Positions 40,188-50,146 of a stretch of DNA of 64,000 bases are shown piece after piece. Numbering within the stretch: the stretch's first letter is position 1; each line of letters opens with the position of its first letter. The notes under the pieces were generated by a model that made no database searches, was not told the origin of the DNA, and saw nothing but the letters and a program-made list of their open reading frames with translations. A program made the position numbers and the translations under genes. Origin of the DNA: Limnothrix sp. BL-A-16 (GTDB taxonomy: Bacteria > Cyanobacteriota > Cyanobacteriia > CACIAM-69d); contig CP166615.1 of assembly GCA_041937175.2 (NCBI GenBank), positions 4,475,750-4,539,749 of the forward strand. Reading direction: 5' to 3'.

Positions 40188-40498
40188 TGGAAATCGATCA
40201 GCAAAACCCCATTCATCCCGGCGAAATTTTGCTAGCGGAATTTTTGCGACCACTGAAGATTTCCTATACCAAGCTGGCTGCTGAAACGGGGATTTCGGTG
40301 CGGATGATTGGGGCGATCGTACGGGGGAAGCGATCGATTTCGCCCGAAGTGGGTCTGCGATTGTCGCGCTACTTTGGTCTTTCCGAACGGTTTTGGCTGA
40401 ACCTCCAAATTCACTACGATCTGGAGATCCTGAAACAAACCCTACGCGATCGCCTCGAAACCGAAGTGAAAAGATTCGCTCCAATTTCCGGAAGCTAG
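40184..40498 (+). CDS. higA: HigA-family antitoxin / Xre HTH protein
   Basis: PIHPGEILLAEFL...GKRSISPEVGLRLSRYFGLSERFWLNLQ. Confidence 0.85.
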   Translation: MMEIDQQNPIHPGEILLAEFLRPLKISYTKLAAETGISVRMIGAIVRGKRSISPEVGLRLSRYFGLSERFWLNLQIHYDLEILKQTLRDRLETEVKRFAPISGS

Positions 40499-40504
40499 CC
40501 ATCT

Positions 40505-40535
40505 CATCATTCCCATGCTCTGCGTGGGAATGATG
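40505..40535. repeat. Palindromic repeat (TTCCCA..N..TGGGAA family); second copy at 41039-41067
   Basis: CATCATTCCCATGC-TCT-GCGTGGGAATGATG and ATCGTTCCCAGGTTGAACGCGGGAACGAT. Confidence 0.6.
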
Positions 40536-40550
40536 GTTGCGATTGCCTCG

Positions 40551-40868
40551 CTACTTTAGATTGAGCGGGACAAGGGCTTGATGGAGCACTGTAGGGCGAG
40601 CACTTAGATAAACTTCACGTTGGTTGCTCTCGTTGTAGCCTACGACGATCGCTCCAACTTTTGCGCCAATGGGTGGATACATGGCGGGCTTCATGATGCC
40701 TTGATCGAGAAAATCAGGCAGTTTAATTAAGCCTTTAGCAGTAGGATGATTAATGTTTAGAAAAATACCGAAGGGAGCGTGGTGCTCAACAGTACCAATG
40801 ACCAGTTGACCTAGGGGGTAGCGATCGCTGAGGACTTCTGATGGCTCGATCGAGGTAGTGGTGGTCAT
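40551..40868 (-). CDS. Small S1 RNA-binding-domain-like protein
   Basis: GQLVIGTVEHHAPFGIFLNI...GLIKLPDF...VGAIVVG...EVYLS S1/OB pattern. Probable start 40868. Confidence 0.65.
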   Translation of the reverse strand: MTTTTSIEPSEVLSDRYPLGQLVIGTVEHHAPFGIFLNINHPTAKGLIKLPDFLDQGIMKPAMYPPIGAKVGAIVVGYNESNQREVYLSARPTVLHQALVPLNLK

Positions 40869-41164
40869 GAAATTTACTCCGGCTTTAACTGACGTGGAAA
40901 TTGGTTCAGCCAAGGGAATAATCGCTGAGGAACAACAACTTCGATGCGATCCTGTCCCTCTATTTCATCGTATCGACACTCTAGCGGTTTGAGGGTTTGT
41001 TGATAGCGCCGATCGCTTCGTGAACGACGGTTTTTCCCATCGTTCCCAGGTTGAACGCGGGAACGATAAATCCCCTAACTGCCCTAGACAAGGGGCTTAA
41101 GCCCCTTGCCCCTCACGACTCGCGAACAGTGGAATCCGGGTTTTCGGTGACTGGACGATCGCCC

Positions 41165-42358
41165 CTAGACCGTCGCGGCCGCCATGTCGTAGTGGATGCC
41201 AGCCGCAGCCAGGCGATCGAGTGCCTCACCCAACCGGGGCAAATCGCAAATCAAGCTCACCCGCACATAGCCCTCACCCCCCGGGCCAAAGGCATTCCCC
41301 GGCGTAAACACCACGCCCGTTTGCTCCAACACCGACAACGCAAAATCCGTGGAACTCAACCCCGGCGGGCAGGGCACCCACAAATACATCGTGGCGCGGG
41401 TGGGTTTGAGCGACCAACCCAACTGGTTAAACCGCTCCACCAGAAAATCCCGGCGCGATCGATAGCGCGTTTGCACCTCCGTCAGGTAGCTGTCGGGCAT
41501 CGACAGGGCCGTTTCCGCCGCCTTTTGCAGCGCCGCAAAAATGCCGTAGTCCAGGTTGGTTTTCAGGGTACGCAGGCCCTGCACAATCTCCGAGTTGCCC
41601 ACCACAAAGCCGACCCGCCAGCCCGCCATGTTGTAGGTTTTCGAGAGGGTGTGGAACTCCACGCCGATCTCTTTTGCACCGGGAATTTCCAGCAGGCTGG
41701 TGGGCTGGTAGCCATCAAAGGCCAGCTCCGCATAACAGAGATCATGAACCAGCAAAATCTCGTGCTTGCGGGCAAAAGCCACCGCCTCTTCGTAGAACTC
41801 GCGCGGGGCGGTGGCAGCAGTGGGGTTGCTGGGATAGTTGAAGTAGAGGATCTTGGCGCGATCGGCCACGTCTTCGGGGATCGACCCAAAGTCAATCAGC
41901 CAGTCTTGCTCGGCCTTCAGGACGATCGTGTGTAGGTTCGCTCCGGCCAGCAGCGGCCCCCGGAAGTGGGGCGGATAGGCGGGGCTGGGCACGAGGATCG
42001 TATCGCCGGGGTTGATGTAGGCCAGGGCCAAGTGGGTTAAGCCCTCTTTGGAACCCAGCAGGGGCAGGGCTTCGCTGTCGGAACTGAGCTTCACGCCATA
42101 GCGCCGCTCATACCAAGTGGTGATCGCTTCCCGAAAGCTGGCTTTGCCCTCAAAGGGTGGGTAGCCGTGGCCGTTGGGATCGTCGAGGGCTTCCTTGGCG
42201 GCGGCAATCACCGGGGCGGGGGCGGGCCCGTCGGGGTTGCCCATGCCCAAGTCGATCAGGTCGAGGCCCTGTTGGCGGGCGTTGGCTTTCAGTTCGTCCA
42301 GGCGGGCAAAAACGTATTGCGGCAAAACGCGCAGGCGATCGGCGGGTTGAATTTTCAT
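41165..42358 (-). CDS. PLP-dependent class I/II aminotransferase (aspartate / LL-DAP aminotransferase-like)
   Basis: DLGMGNPD, GSKEG, NYPSNPT, HDLCY, TLSKTYNMAGWRVG. Confidence 0.9.
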   Translation of the reverse strand: MKIQPADRLRVLPQYVFARLDELKANARQQGLDLIDLGMGNPDGPAPAPVIAAAKEALDDPNGHGYPPFEGKASFREAITTWYERRYGVKLSSDSEALPLLGSKEGLTHLALAYINPGDTILVPSPAYPPHFRGPLLAGANLHTIVLKAEQDWLIDFGSIPEDVADRAKILYFNYPSNPTAATAPREFYEEAVAFARKHEILLVHDLCYAELAFDGYQPTSLLEIPGAKEIGVEFHTLSKTYNMAGWRVGFVVGNSEIVQGLRTLKTNLDYGIFAALQKAAETALSMPDSYLTEVQTRYRSRRDFLVERFNQLGWSLKPTRATMYLWVPCPPGLSSTDFALSVLEQTGVVFTPGNAFGPGGEGYVRVSLICDLPRLGEALDRLAAAGIHYDMAAATV

Positions 42359-43554
42359 GGCTGAGTGACCTCCTCTCCGTGGTAGATGGGGGCCGCGGCG
42401 ATCGGCCCGCCATCGGGGCTGAAGCTGCTGCGGCAGGGGGCGAGGGTTGACACCAGGGCCGCCATCACTTGGTCGGCACTCACGGGGAAGGGCAGGTGAT
42501 GAATATCCGATCGCTCATGGCAGGCCAGCTCTGCGGCCTGTTTCAAATCCTGAAGCGTCATTTGTCCAAGGCCCAGGTCTTCCAGGCAACGCGGCAACCC
42601 GATCGCCTCATAAAAACTCAGCAACTGGGCCCGGGCAGCGGCGGCCAGTTGGCTGCCTTGGATCATTTCTTCGAGCCGCAGTTGGGCCAAAATTCCGAGG
42701 GCGACCTTTTCGCCATGCAGCGTGCCGTGACTGGCGTGAATGTGGGTGAGGCCGTTGTGGATCGCGTGGGCGGCCACGGTGCGACATTGGGCCCCGCCCA
42801 AACCGCCAATCACGCCGGCCATCAGCACGGACGCATCGACGACCTCTTGCCAGAGGGGGCCACCGGGTTGGGCGATCGCCTCAGCGGATTTTTGCAGCAA
42901 CAAATCCCGCAGCACTCGGGCCGATTGGACGGCGGCGACGATTGTGGTTTGCTCGGAGCGACCACTGCTGATGGCGGCTTCGTACCACTTGGCGATCGCG
43001 TCACCAATACCCGCCACCAGGGTGCGAGTTGGGGCCGTCAGCACCAGTTGATAATCCAAAATCAGCAAATCGGGGCAGCGATCGAGCGTCACATCATACA
43101 AAAACGCCCCCGTTTCCGAATAAACATTGGAGAGGGCTGTCCAGGCGGCGCAAGTGGCCCCGGAACTGGGAATCGTGGCGATCGGGATTTTCAGTTGGTG
43201 GGCCACCAGTTTGGCCGCATCCAGGGCCTTGCCGCCGCCGGTGCCGATCACGTAGTCCGCTCGATGGGCCTTGGCCGCCACACGCAGGCGTTCCAGGCTG
43301 CTTTCACAGCAATCGGGCAAATAATTGGCGCTGGTCGATTTGGCCCCGATTTGCTCCAGGATCGGTTGCAAAGGGGGGAGCAGGGCCGCGAGGGAGCGAT
43401 CGCCCCCGACGATCAGGGGGCGCTTGCCCAACCGGGCCAGTTCTGCTCCTGCCTGGGCGATCGCACCCCAACCGCGTGTCACCCTGGCCGGGGCGATCGT
43501 TAAGGCTGGAATTGGCACGGTCACGGCAATAGGAGCAGTCGGCATGGCAGTCAC
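42355..43554 (-). CDS. gldA: Iron-containing alcohol dehydrogenase / glycerol dehydrogenase family
   Basis: GTGGGKALDAAK, AGIGDAIAKWYEA, AHAIHNGL, HGEKVA. Confidence 0.8.
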   Translation of the reverse strand: MTAMPTAPIAVTVPIPALTIAPARVTRGWGAIAQAGAELARLGKRPLIVGGDRSLAALLPPLQPILEQIGAKSTSANYLPDCCESSLERLRVAAKAHRADYVIGTGGGKALDAAKLVAHQLKIPIATIPSSGATCAAWTALSNVYSETGAFLYDVTLDRCPDLLILDYQLVLTAPTRTLVAGIGDAIAKWYEAAISSGRSEQTTIVAAVQSARVLRDLLLQKSAEAIAQPGGPLWQEVVDASVLMAGVIGGLGGAQCRTVAAHAIHNGLTHIHASHGTLHGEKVALGILAQLRLEEMIQGSQLAAAARAQLLSFYEAIGLPRCLEDLGLGQMTLQDLKQAAELACHERSDIHHLPFPVSADQVMAALVSTLAPCRSSFSPDGGPIAAAPIYHGEEVTQP

Positions 43555-43675
43555 CCACTACGATTAGGAATTGACCAGAAAGTACACTTTACTCTATGGC
43601 GGGAATAGACAGCGCACGATCATTTTGGAGCTGTCGTTGGCTGTTGTTGGCTGTCGCCAATGGTGACCTTATCGA

Positions 43676-44893
43676 ATGTTGTTGCGATCCAATTTTCAAC
43701 TCTGGCGGTGGCGGGCGATCGCGGCGCGCTGCTCAAGCCTTGGCCTGCTCTCTCTACTCTTAGGTTGCGCCAGTGACTTGCCCAAGGCACAGTTACCGAG
43801 CGTTACAGAACTGCCCAACGATCGGGACACCCTGATCGTGACCACGGACATTAACAATCAAGGCCCCGACCCCTCGCGGTTGGCGTTTTATACGGCCGAT
43901 TTACAAACGGGTGTGGTGGCTCGCTGGCTGCTGCAAAACGACGTGGAGATTGAGCAGCCCAATAAAAACCAAGCCCTCATTGAAAATGGCCCGCCCGTTT
44001 TGTTGCGCGATGGCAGCGGGTTGATCTATCAAGGCGTATTTTCCGGGCGATCGAGTCCCTTTGTGATTACGCCCCAAGGGGGAGTGCGATCGCTCACCGT
44101 TCCCCCCGCTGCCCAAAGCTCCAATGGGCGGCGGGCCTGGAGTGCCGATGGCCGTTGGTTGGCCTATGAACGAATTGAGCCGCGTGGTGAAGCCACCTTT
44201 TCGGAAATTTACTTACTCGATCGGCAAACGGGCCAACAACGCCTCTGGCTCGCGAATGATGATGCCGATCGAGAAATTCGTTGGATGAGCTGGTCTCCCG
44301 ATAGTCAGCGCCTGGCCGTTGCCCGCTATCAACTGGGACAAGAAGCGGTAGATCTGACCCTGCTGGATCTGCAAAAGCCGCCCCAAGTCTTGATTCGGGA
44401 AGGGGAAACCACGCCTTTTCAAGTGCCCGAAGTCGCCATGTATGACTTCCAGTGGTTACCGGATAGTCAGCGGCTGAGTTTTTTAAATCACCGCAACCCG
44501 GCCGTGCGCGGCAACGACGATCCGCTTGATGAATTCTTGAGTTTTCAGTGGCTTTTTCCCCAATCATCCGGGGTGAAATCCCAGTCCTCGATTTGGATTT
44601 TAGATATCCGAACGCGCCAATTTCAGGAATTGCCGCTGCTGACCCAAGGGGAGCGCCTGGGGGACTTGTCGGCCTACACCTGGTCACCGGATGGCCAACA
44701 ACTGGCTCTGGTGGCCGGCTTTGCGGGCCCCTGTCGGCGGCTGGTGACCGCTGGTCAGATCACCTGTAGTGACCATATCTATGTGGCGAGTGCGGATGGT
44801 CGGCGGCTGCGGCAGTTAACCCAGGTGGAGCAGTGGCCGAGCTATCGGGTGTTGTGGTTTTCTCCCCAACGTCCTGCGGGGCCATCATTCTGA
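43676..44893 (+). CDS. Lipoprotein with TolB-like beta-propeller repeats
   Basis: Lipobox LLGC; repeated WSPD/WLPD motifs. Confidence 0.75.
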   Translation: MLLRSNFQLWRWRAIAARCSSLGLLSLLLGCASDLPKAQLPSVTELPNDRDTLIVTTDINNQGPDPSRLAFYTADLQTGVVARWLLQNDVEIEQPNKNQALIENGPPVLLRDGSGLIYQGVFSGRSSPFVITPQGGVRSLTVPPAAQSSNGRRAWSADGRWLAYERIEPRGEATFSEIYLLDRQTGQQRLWLANDDADREIRWMSWSPDSQRLAVARYQLGQEAVDLTLLDLQKPPQVLIREGETTPFQVPEVAMYDFQWLPDSQRLSFLNHRNPAVRGNDDPLDEFLSFQWLFPQSSGVKSQSSIWILDIRTRQFQELPLLTQGERLGDLSAYTWSPDGQQLALVAGFAGPCRRLVTAGQITCSDHIYVASADGRRLRQLTQVEQWPSYRVLWFSPQRPAGPSF

Positions 44894-45036
44894 CGGCAAC
44901 TGATTGGAGCTTGATTGGAGCTTGAGTTGTGTCTTAGTGGCCTCAAATTCCACGGGAGTGAACGAGCCAGCGAAAGAGCGACGGGAGAATGGCCTTTAAA
45001 TTGGAGAAAGTATACATACACCGAGCCTAGCTTCCC

Positions 45037-48000
45037 GTGACTCCGCAGAATTCTGAGCCTTGGCAGTTCTCGATTGATCGGCTGCGTTCCCTCACTCGAT
45101 ATCGCTGCCAAACCGCTTGGCAGGGGTGGCGAGGTGAATTGCGTCTAGATTGGGCCTTGGATCCCGATCGGTGGTCGCGTTGGCCGCAAATGGCGGTGAA
45201 TGACAAGGGCCACATCCCCGTGGCGGCGGGCCGATCGACCCTGTGGTTAGCCCAACGGATTGTGATTCCGGAATATTTGGCAGAACCCTACCCGATCGCG
45301 GGGCTGACATTGCGGCTGGCCTTGGGGTGGTGGGCGGAAGTGGCGGAAATTTATCTGAATGGGCAATTTGTCCAGGCGGGGGATCTCTTCGATCCGGCCT
45401 GTCGGCGGTTGCTGAGCACGGCGGCGGAGCCGGGCATGGCGTTTGATTTGGCGATTCGATTGGTGTCACCCGGCCATGATCAAGGGGCGTTGGTGAAGGC
45501 GGAGCTGATTTTTGAGGCGGCTTCTTTGGTCGATCGCCTGGATCCGGGAACGCTGGCCGATGAGTTGGCGGTGGTGGCTCAGTTTGCCACGTTGGAATCG
45601 CCCGATCGTCCCGATCGCACCAGTTTGGATCAGGCGATCGGGCAAATTCACTGGGCGGCCATCGCCGATCGGGTGGCCTTTGAAGCCTCCCTGCAACGGG
45701 CCCGCCAAACCCTGGTGGCTGCCGGTTGGGCCGATTGGCTCAAGCGGCGGCAAATCCACGCCGTGGGCCATGCTCACCTGGACATGGCTTGGCTCTGGCC
45801 CGTGGCGGATACCTGGGATGCGGCCGATCGCACCTTTCGATCGGTCTTGCAGTTGCAAACGGAATTTCCTGACCTGACCTTCACCCATTCCAGCCCGGCC
45901 CTGTTTGAGTGGCTGGCAACCGATCGCCCGGCCCTGATGGCTCAAGTGCGCGATCGCGCCGTGGAAGGGCGGTGGGAACTGGCGGCGGGCCTCTGGATTG
46001 AGCCGGACTTGAACTGCATCAGCGGCGAATCGATCGCTCGCCAAATTCTTTACGGTCAACAATTTGCCCTCAACCACCAAGGCCAGTGGGTGGCGGATCA
46101 ACCGGCCCGAATTGCCTGGTTGCCCGATACCTTTGGGTTTTGCTGGCAATTGCCGCAACTGTTGCGGTTAGGGGGCATTGACATCTTTGCCACCCAAAAA
46201 CTGCGCTGGAACGACACCACCCGCTTTCCCCACGAGGCCATCACCTGGGAAAGTCCCGATGGGTCGCAGGTGTTGGGTTGGATGTTGCCGCCCATTGGCA
46301 CGGACGCGGATCCCCTGGCGATCGCTCGGTATGCCGTCGATTGGGAACAGGCCACCGGCCAAACCACCAGCCTTTGGTTACCGGGGCTGGGCGATCGAGG
46401 CGGCGGCCCCACCCGGGAAATGCTGGAGCAGTGGCAGCGCTGGTCAGCCTCTCCCCTGTTCCCGAAGCTAGGGTTTGGACGGGTGACCGACTTGGGCGCA
46501 AAACTCGCCGCGATCGACACCTGGCCCCGCTGGCGCGATGAACTGTATCTGGAGTTCCATCGCGGCTGCTACACCACCCACTTGGATCAAAAGCTGGCCA
46601 ACCGCCGCTGTGAGGGACTGCTGTATGAAGCGGAACTTTGGTGGTCTTTGGCGGAAATGGCGGGGTTGGTGACTCCCGAGTTGGCCACCGCCACTTTCGC
46701 AGACCTGGAGCAGGCCTGGAAACGGGTGCTGTTTAACCAGTTCCATGACATTTTGCCCGGCACTTCGATTCCAGAAGTCTATGAAACGGTGAATGGGGAT
46801 TGGCAGGTGGCGGAAGCCGGAGCCTTGGCCGGGCGCGATCGCGCATTAAGTCATTGGTGCGCGGCGATCGACCTATCCCAACCACCCGTAGCCGGAGCTT
46901 CCCCCGTGGCGATTTTTAACAGCCTCAGTTGGGAGCGATCGGGCGTGGTGGAACTGGGGCTGCCCCCGGGATCTTGGCGGGCGGTGAGTGGCGATGGGCA
47001 ACCGTTGTTAACTCAGCGATCGGGGCCCCGGGGCGATCGGCTGCTGGTGCAGGTGAATGACTGCCCCGGTGTGGGTTATCAATGCCTGTGGTTAGTGCCC
47101 GATGCCGAACCCACGATGGTGGATTTGCAACATTTACCCAGCGAGCCGCCGATTCTGCAAAATCCCTGGTTACGGGTCACGATCGATCCGATCACCGGCA
47201 ACATCAGCAGTTTGTTTGACATCATCCAAAATTGTGAAATCCTGTCCGGCCCCGGCAACGAGCTGCAAGCCTTTCGGGACGCGGGGCAATATTGGGATGC
47301 TTGGAATATTGATCCCGCCTACGAAACCAATGCGCTGCCCCCAGCTCAACTGTTGGATTGGCGGTGGGAAGAGTCGGGCCCCGTGCGCCAAGTGCTGCGA
47401 GTGCGGCGACAGGTGGGGCAATCGGTGATCACTCAAGATTACGTTCTGGAGTCCCGATCGCCCCTGTTGCAAATTCGCACCACCGCCCAATGGCAAGAAA
47501 CCCAAGTCCTGTTAAAAGCCGCCTTTCCTCTCAGCGATGAGCCGGATCTCGCCACCTACGAAATGCCTTGCGGGGCAATTGTCCGCCCCACCCGACCCAG
47601 CACCGCCGCCGAACAAGCCAAGTGGGAAGTGCCCGCCCTGCGCTGGGCTGATTTGGCCGCCCGCTTAATTGCGGATCATCCTGGGCCTGGGCGATCGACC
47701 CCCGATGCGGCCACCGATGCGACCCCCGATACGACTCCCGATACGACTCCCCAAATTGCGGATCCCACCCCGCAGGATGTGGCGGCCTGGGGGGTGAGTT
47801 TGTTAACCACGGGGCCCCATGGGTTTGATGCCAAGCCGGGTCAGTTGCGTTTGAGTTTGTTGCGATCGCCCTGTTGGCCCGATCCCCACAGCGATCGGGG
47901 TACCCGGGAATTCACCTACGCGATCTATCCCCACTTGGGTGGCTGGCAAGGGGCCCAGACGGTGCAGCGATCGGCCGAGTTGCAATCACCGCTCTTAGCC

Positions 48001-48378
48001 TGCTGGGTTCCTGTGCCCGCCACTGAGGATCCGCCATTAGCCGAAGTTGCGGCCGATTCGGCGATCGCGCCCCAGTTGCCCACCCAAGCCACCTTGCTCA
48101 ACTTGGACTGTGACCATGCCCAACTGATGGCCCTCACCCGCCATCCCCAACGGACCGATCGCTGGGTGTTGCGGCTTTATGAAAGTGTCGGCCGATCGGG
48201 GCAGTTGCACCTAACCAGTGATTTGCCCTTGACCTGGGGCGATCGGGTCACCTTGTTGGGCGATCCCCTGCCGGATTCTGCCCCAACGCCCACAGCACCA
48301 ACCCCAGCAGACCCCGCCAGCACAAAGGCGATCAAGCCCTGGCAAATTTGTTGCCTGGAACTCGATCGCCTCAACTAA
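45037..48378 (+). CDS. Alpha-mannosidase, glycoside hydrolase family 38
   Basis: GHAHLDMAWLWP, WLPDTFG, ELYLEFHRG, NQFHDILPGTSI. Confidence 0.92.
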   Translation: MTPQNSEPWQFSIDRLRSLTRYRCQTAWQGWRGELRLDWALDPDRWSRWPQMAVNDKGHIPVAAGRSTLWLAQRIVIPEYLAEPYPIAGLTLRLALGWWAEVAEIYLNGQFVQAGDLFDPACRRLLSTAAEPGMAFDLAIRLVSPGHDQGALVKAELIFEAASLVDRLDPGTLADELAVVAQFATLESPDRPDRTSLDQAIGQIHWAAIADRVAFEASLQRARQTLVAAGWADWLKRRQIHAVGHAHLDMAWLWPVADTWDAADRTFRSVLQLQTEFPDLTFTHSSPALFEWLATDRPALMAQVRDRAVEGRWELAAGLWIEPDLNCISGESIARQILYGQQFALNHQGQWVADQPARIAWLPDTFGFCWQLPQLLRLGGIDIFATQKLRWNDTTRFPHEAITWESPDGSQVLGWMLPPIGTDADPLAIARYAVDWEQATGQTTSLWLPGLGDRGGGPTREMLEQWQRWSASPLFPKLGFGRVTDLGAKLAAIDTWPRWRDELYLEFHRGCYTTHLDQKLANRRCEGLLYEAELWWSLAEMAGLVTPELATATFADLEQAWKRVLFNQFHDILPGTSIPEVYETVNGDWQVAEAGALAGRDRALSHWCAAIDLSQPPVAGASPVAIFNSLSWERSGVVELGLPPGSWRAVSGDGQPLLTQRSGPRGDRLLVQVNDCPGVGYQCLWLVPDAEPTMVDLQHLPSEPPILQNPWLRVTIDPITGNISSLFDIIQNCEILSGPGNELQAFRDAGQYWDAWNIDPAYETNALPPAQLLDWRWEESGPVRQVLRVRRQVGQSVITQDYVLESRSPLLQIRTTAQWQETQVLLKAAFPLSDEPDLATYEMPCGAIVRPTRPSTAAEQAKWEVPALRWADLAARLIADHPGPGRSTPDAATDATPDTTPDTTPQIADPTPQDVAAWGVSLLTTGPHGFDAKPGQLRLSLLRSPCWPDPHSDRGTREFTYAIYPHLGGWQGAQTVQRSAELQSPLLACWVPVPATEDPPLAEVAADSAIAPQLPTQATLLNLDCDHAQLMALTRHPQRTDRWVLRLYESVGRSGQLHLTSDLPLTWGDRVTLLGDPLPDSAPTPTAPTPADPASTKAIKPWQICCLELDRLN

Positions 48379-48437
48379 TCGCTCCCAATTGAACTTATTT
48401 CCCAGACTGGCTGGAAACCACGGTCTCCGTTAGCTGC

Positions 48438-49508
48438 CTAGGATTCCCTTGAAGATTCGTGAGCCTCGCCCTCCGGAGCCGCGCTGCGTGGCCGCGGTTT
48501 CGATGGCTTTTGGTCTCCGTTTCGTTGGGGCCGTGGTGTGGCGGGCCGAGTCCCTTCGGGCCGATCTCCCGGCGGGCGATCGTTCCGATTAAACCGGCGA
48601 CCGCCGCCGCCGCCCCGAGGCTTGTGGTTACCCGTCGGTTTGCGGGGTTTGCGGGGGGGCATTCGTCGAATGGATGTGCCCTTCACGATCGTCAGCACAT
48701 CCCCTTCCCGCTTCACCTCCACATCCCAGAAATGGCCCACGGCTCGCTCACCCAGCACGCCCTTCAAGTGAATCTTGAACGCCTTCGCCTTGTCATCGGG
48801 GCGACGCGGCGCTTGCTGGATGCGCATGGTTACCGCTTCTTGGTCGGCCCGATGGAACATCACCTCGCCTCGGATCGAGAAAAATTCTTGATCTACCACG
48901 GCTGGTTCTAAAACCGGCTCATCGGATCCTTCCGGCGGCTTGCGGTGCAGGGTTTCCGGCTCCCAAACGCCCACCACTTGCAAATGCAGGTGATTTTCGC
49001 GGGTGCGCGGATAAACCACCCACAGATGTTCCGTTTCAAGATCGATGTGGTTTTTGACAAGGCTCATGACCCGGCCCAGCAACACCGCATCGATCTGGAT
49101 ATCGTTTTCCACCACCAAAGCACCCTTGGTTAGGCGCTCTTCGGAAGGCAGATAGCGGCCTCGCACCAGCCCGATCGCCCGGTATTGCATCGGGTCACTC
49201 GGCGGCGGAATGGGATGCAGTCGCAAACCCAGGGTGCTGTCCTCTTCCGGGGCGGGATCGGGTTCCTCCGTGGCCACGGGTTCCGGCGCTGCGGTCGGTT
49301 CGGGGGTGGCGGGTGGGTCTCGCCGCACGGGCTTGGAAATACTGACGATTTTGGCGGACTCTTTTTCCGATTTAGCGGCTTCCTTACGAGGGGCTTCTTC
49401 GGATTGAGCGGCGGGTGGATTGGGACGGACGGGGGGCGGGTTTGGCCGCTTGGGCCCGTTGTTCGGTGTGGATGACTCGGCCGCAGGCGGCTCAGACGGG
49501 GGACACAT
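48438..49508 (-). CDS. Conserved cyanobacterial hypothetical protein
   Basis: Globular core PIPPPSDPMQYRAIGLVRG...LWVVYPRT with Pro/Arg-rich disordered flanks. Confidence 0.7.
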   Translation of the reverse strand: MCPPSEPPAAESSTPNNGPKRPNPPPVRPNPPAAQSEEAPRKEAAKSEKESAKIVSISKPVRRDPPATPEPTAAPEPVATEEPDPAPEEDSTLGLRLHPIPPPSDPMQYRAIGLVRGRYLPSEERLTKGALVVENDIQIDAVLLGRVMSLVKNHIDLETEHLWVVYPRTRENHLHLQVVGVWEPETLHRKPPEGSDEPVLEPAVVDQEFFSIRGEVMFHRADQEAVTMRIQQAPRRPDDKAKAFKIHLKGVLGERAVGHFWDVEVKREGDVLTIVKGTSIRRMPPRKPRKPTGNHKPRGGGGGRRFNRNDRPPGDRPEGTRPATPRPQRNGDQKPSKPRPRSAAPEGEAHESSRES

Positions 49509-50146
49509 AAGACCTCCTTGCAGGGGACGGAGACAGGAGCGAGGAACAGAGATCAGTTCGGCGATCGGTCAGCCCGGCGATCGGTGCATCACGGTGCGCA
49601 TGACGATGTGTATGACACTGCATCAGCGCGAATCAGAAATGCAAATCAGAAATGCAAATCAGGGCGATCGCCCCACAGCCATTGAAGATCATTTGGCAAA
49701 GATCATTCAGGGCCGGGTTTAAGCCAGTTTCCCGAGCTGAGCCGAGAAATGGGCCAAGAGACCTGAGGCAAAACCGATTCGGAACTGATATTGAACGAGG
49801 ACGGACATTGACGGGGCCAGCCCAGGACTCACCCACCTCCCTGGAATGGCATTTTCCAGAGACCAATCACCCCCTGGGCCCACGGGGAAACTGGAGGTGA
49901 CGGCTCAAGGGCCAAGACCTGGGGGCTGTCAATCTGCCTATTCTACTGAATGCATGGATAGCCCAAGGGAGTCAGAAGATTTTTCTGATTTTTTGGGAGT
50001 TCGGGGAAGTGCTGCCGATTTGGACTTAACCTCAAACCCTGATGTCATCATCATTTGAGCGACATTAGGGATCGATCGCCGCATGGGGTTCGCTCGGTTG
50101 CCGGAGGGATCGGATCCAAGAATTTCTGTCGGTTTAGAGCGCGTGG

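Noticed and set aside
41051..43503. 294-aa and 344-aa plus-strand ORFs
   Set aside because: Shadows of the aminotransferase and gldA-like genes.
47700..47752. In-frame PDAT/PDTT repeats in the GH38 gene
   Set aside because: Low-complexity loop expansion; no evidence of function.
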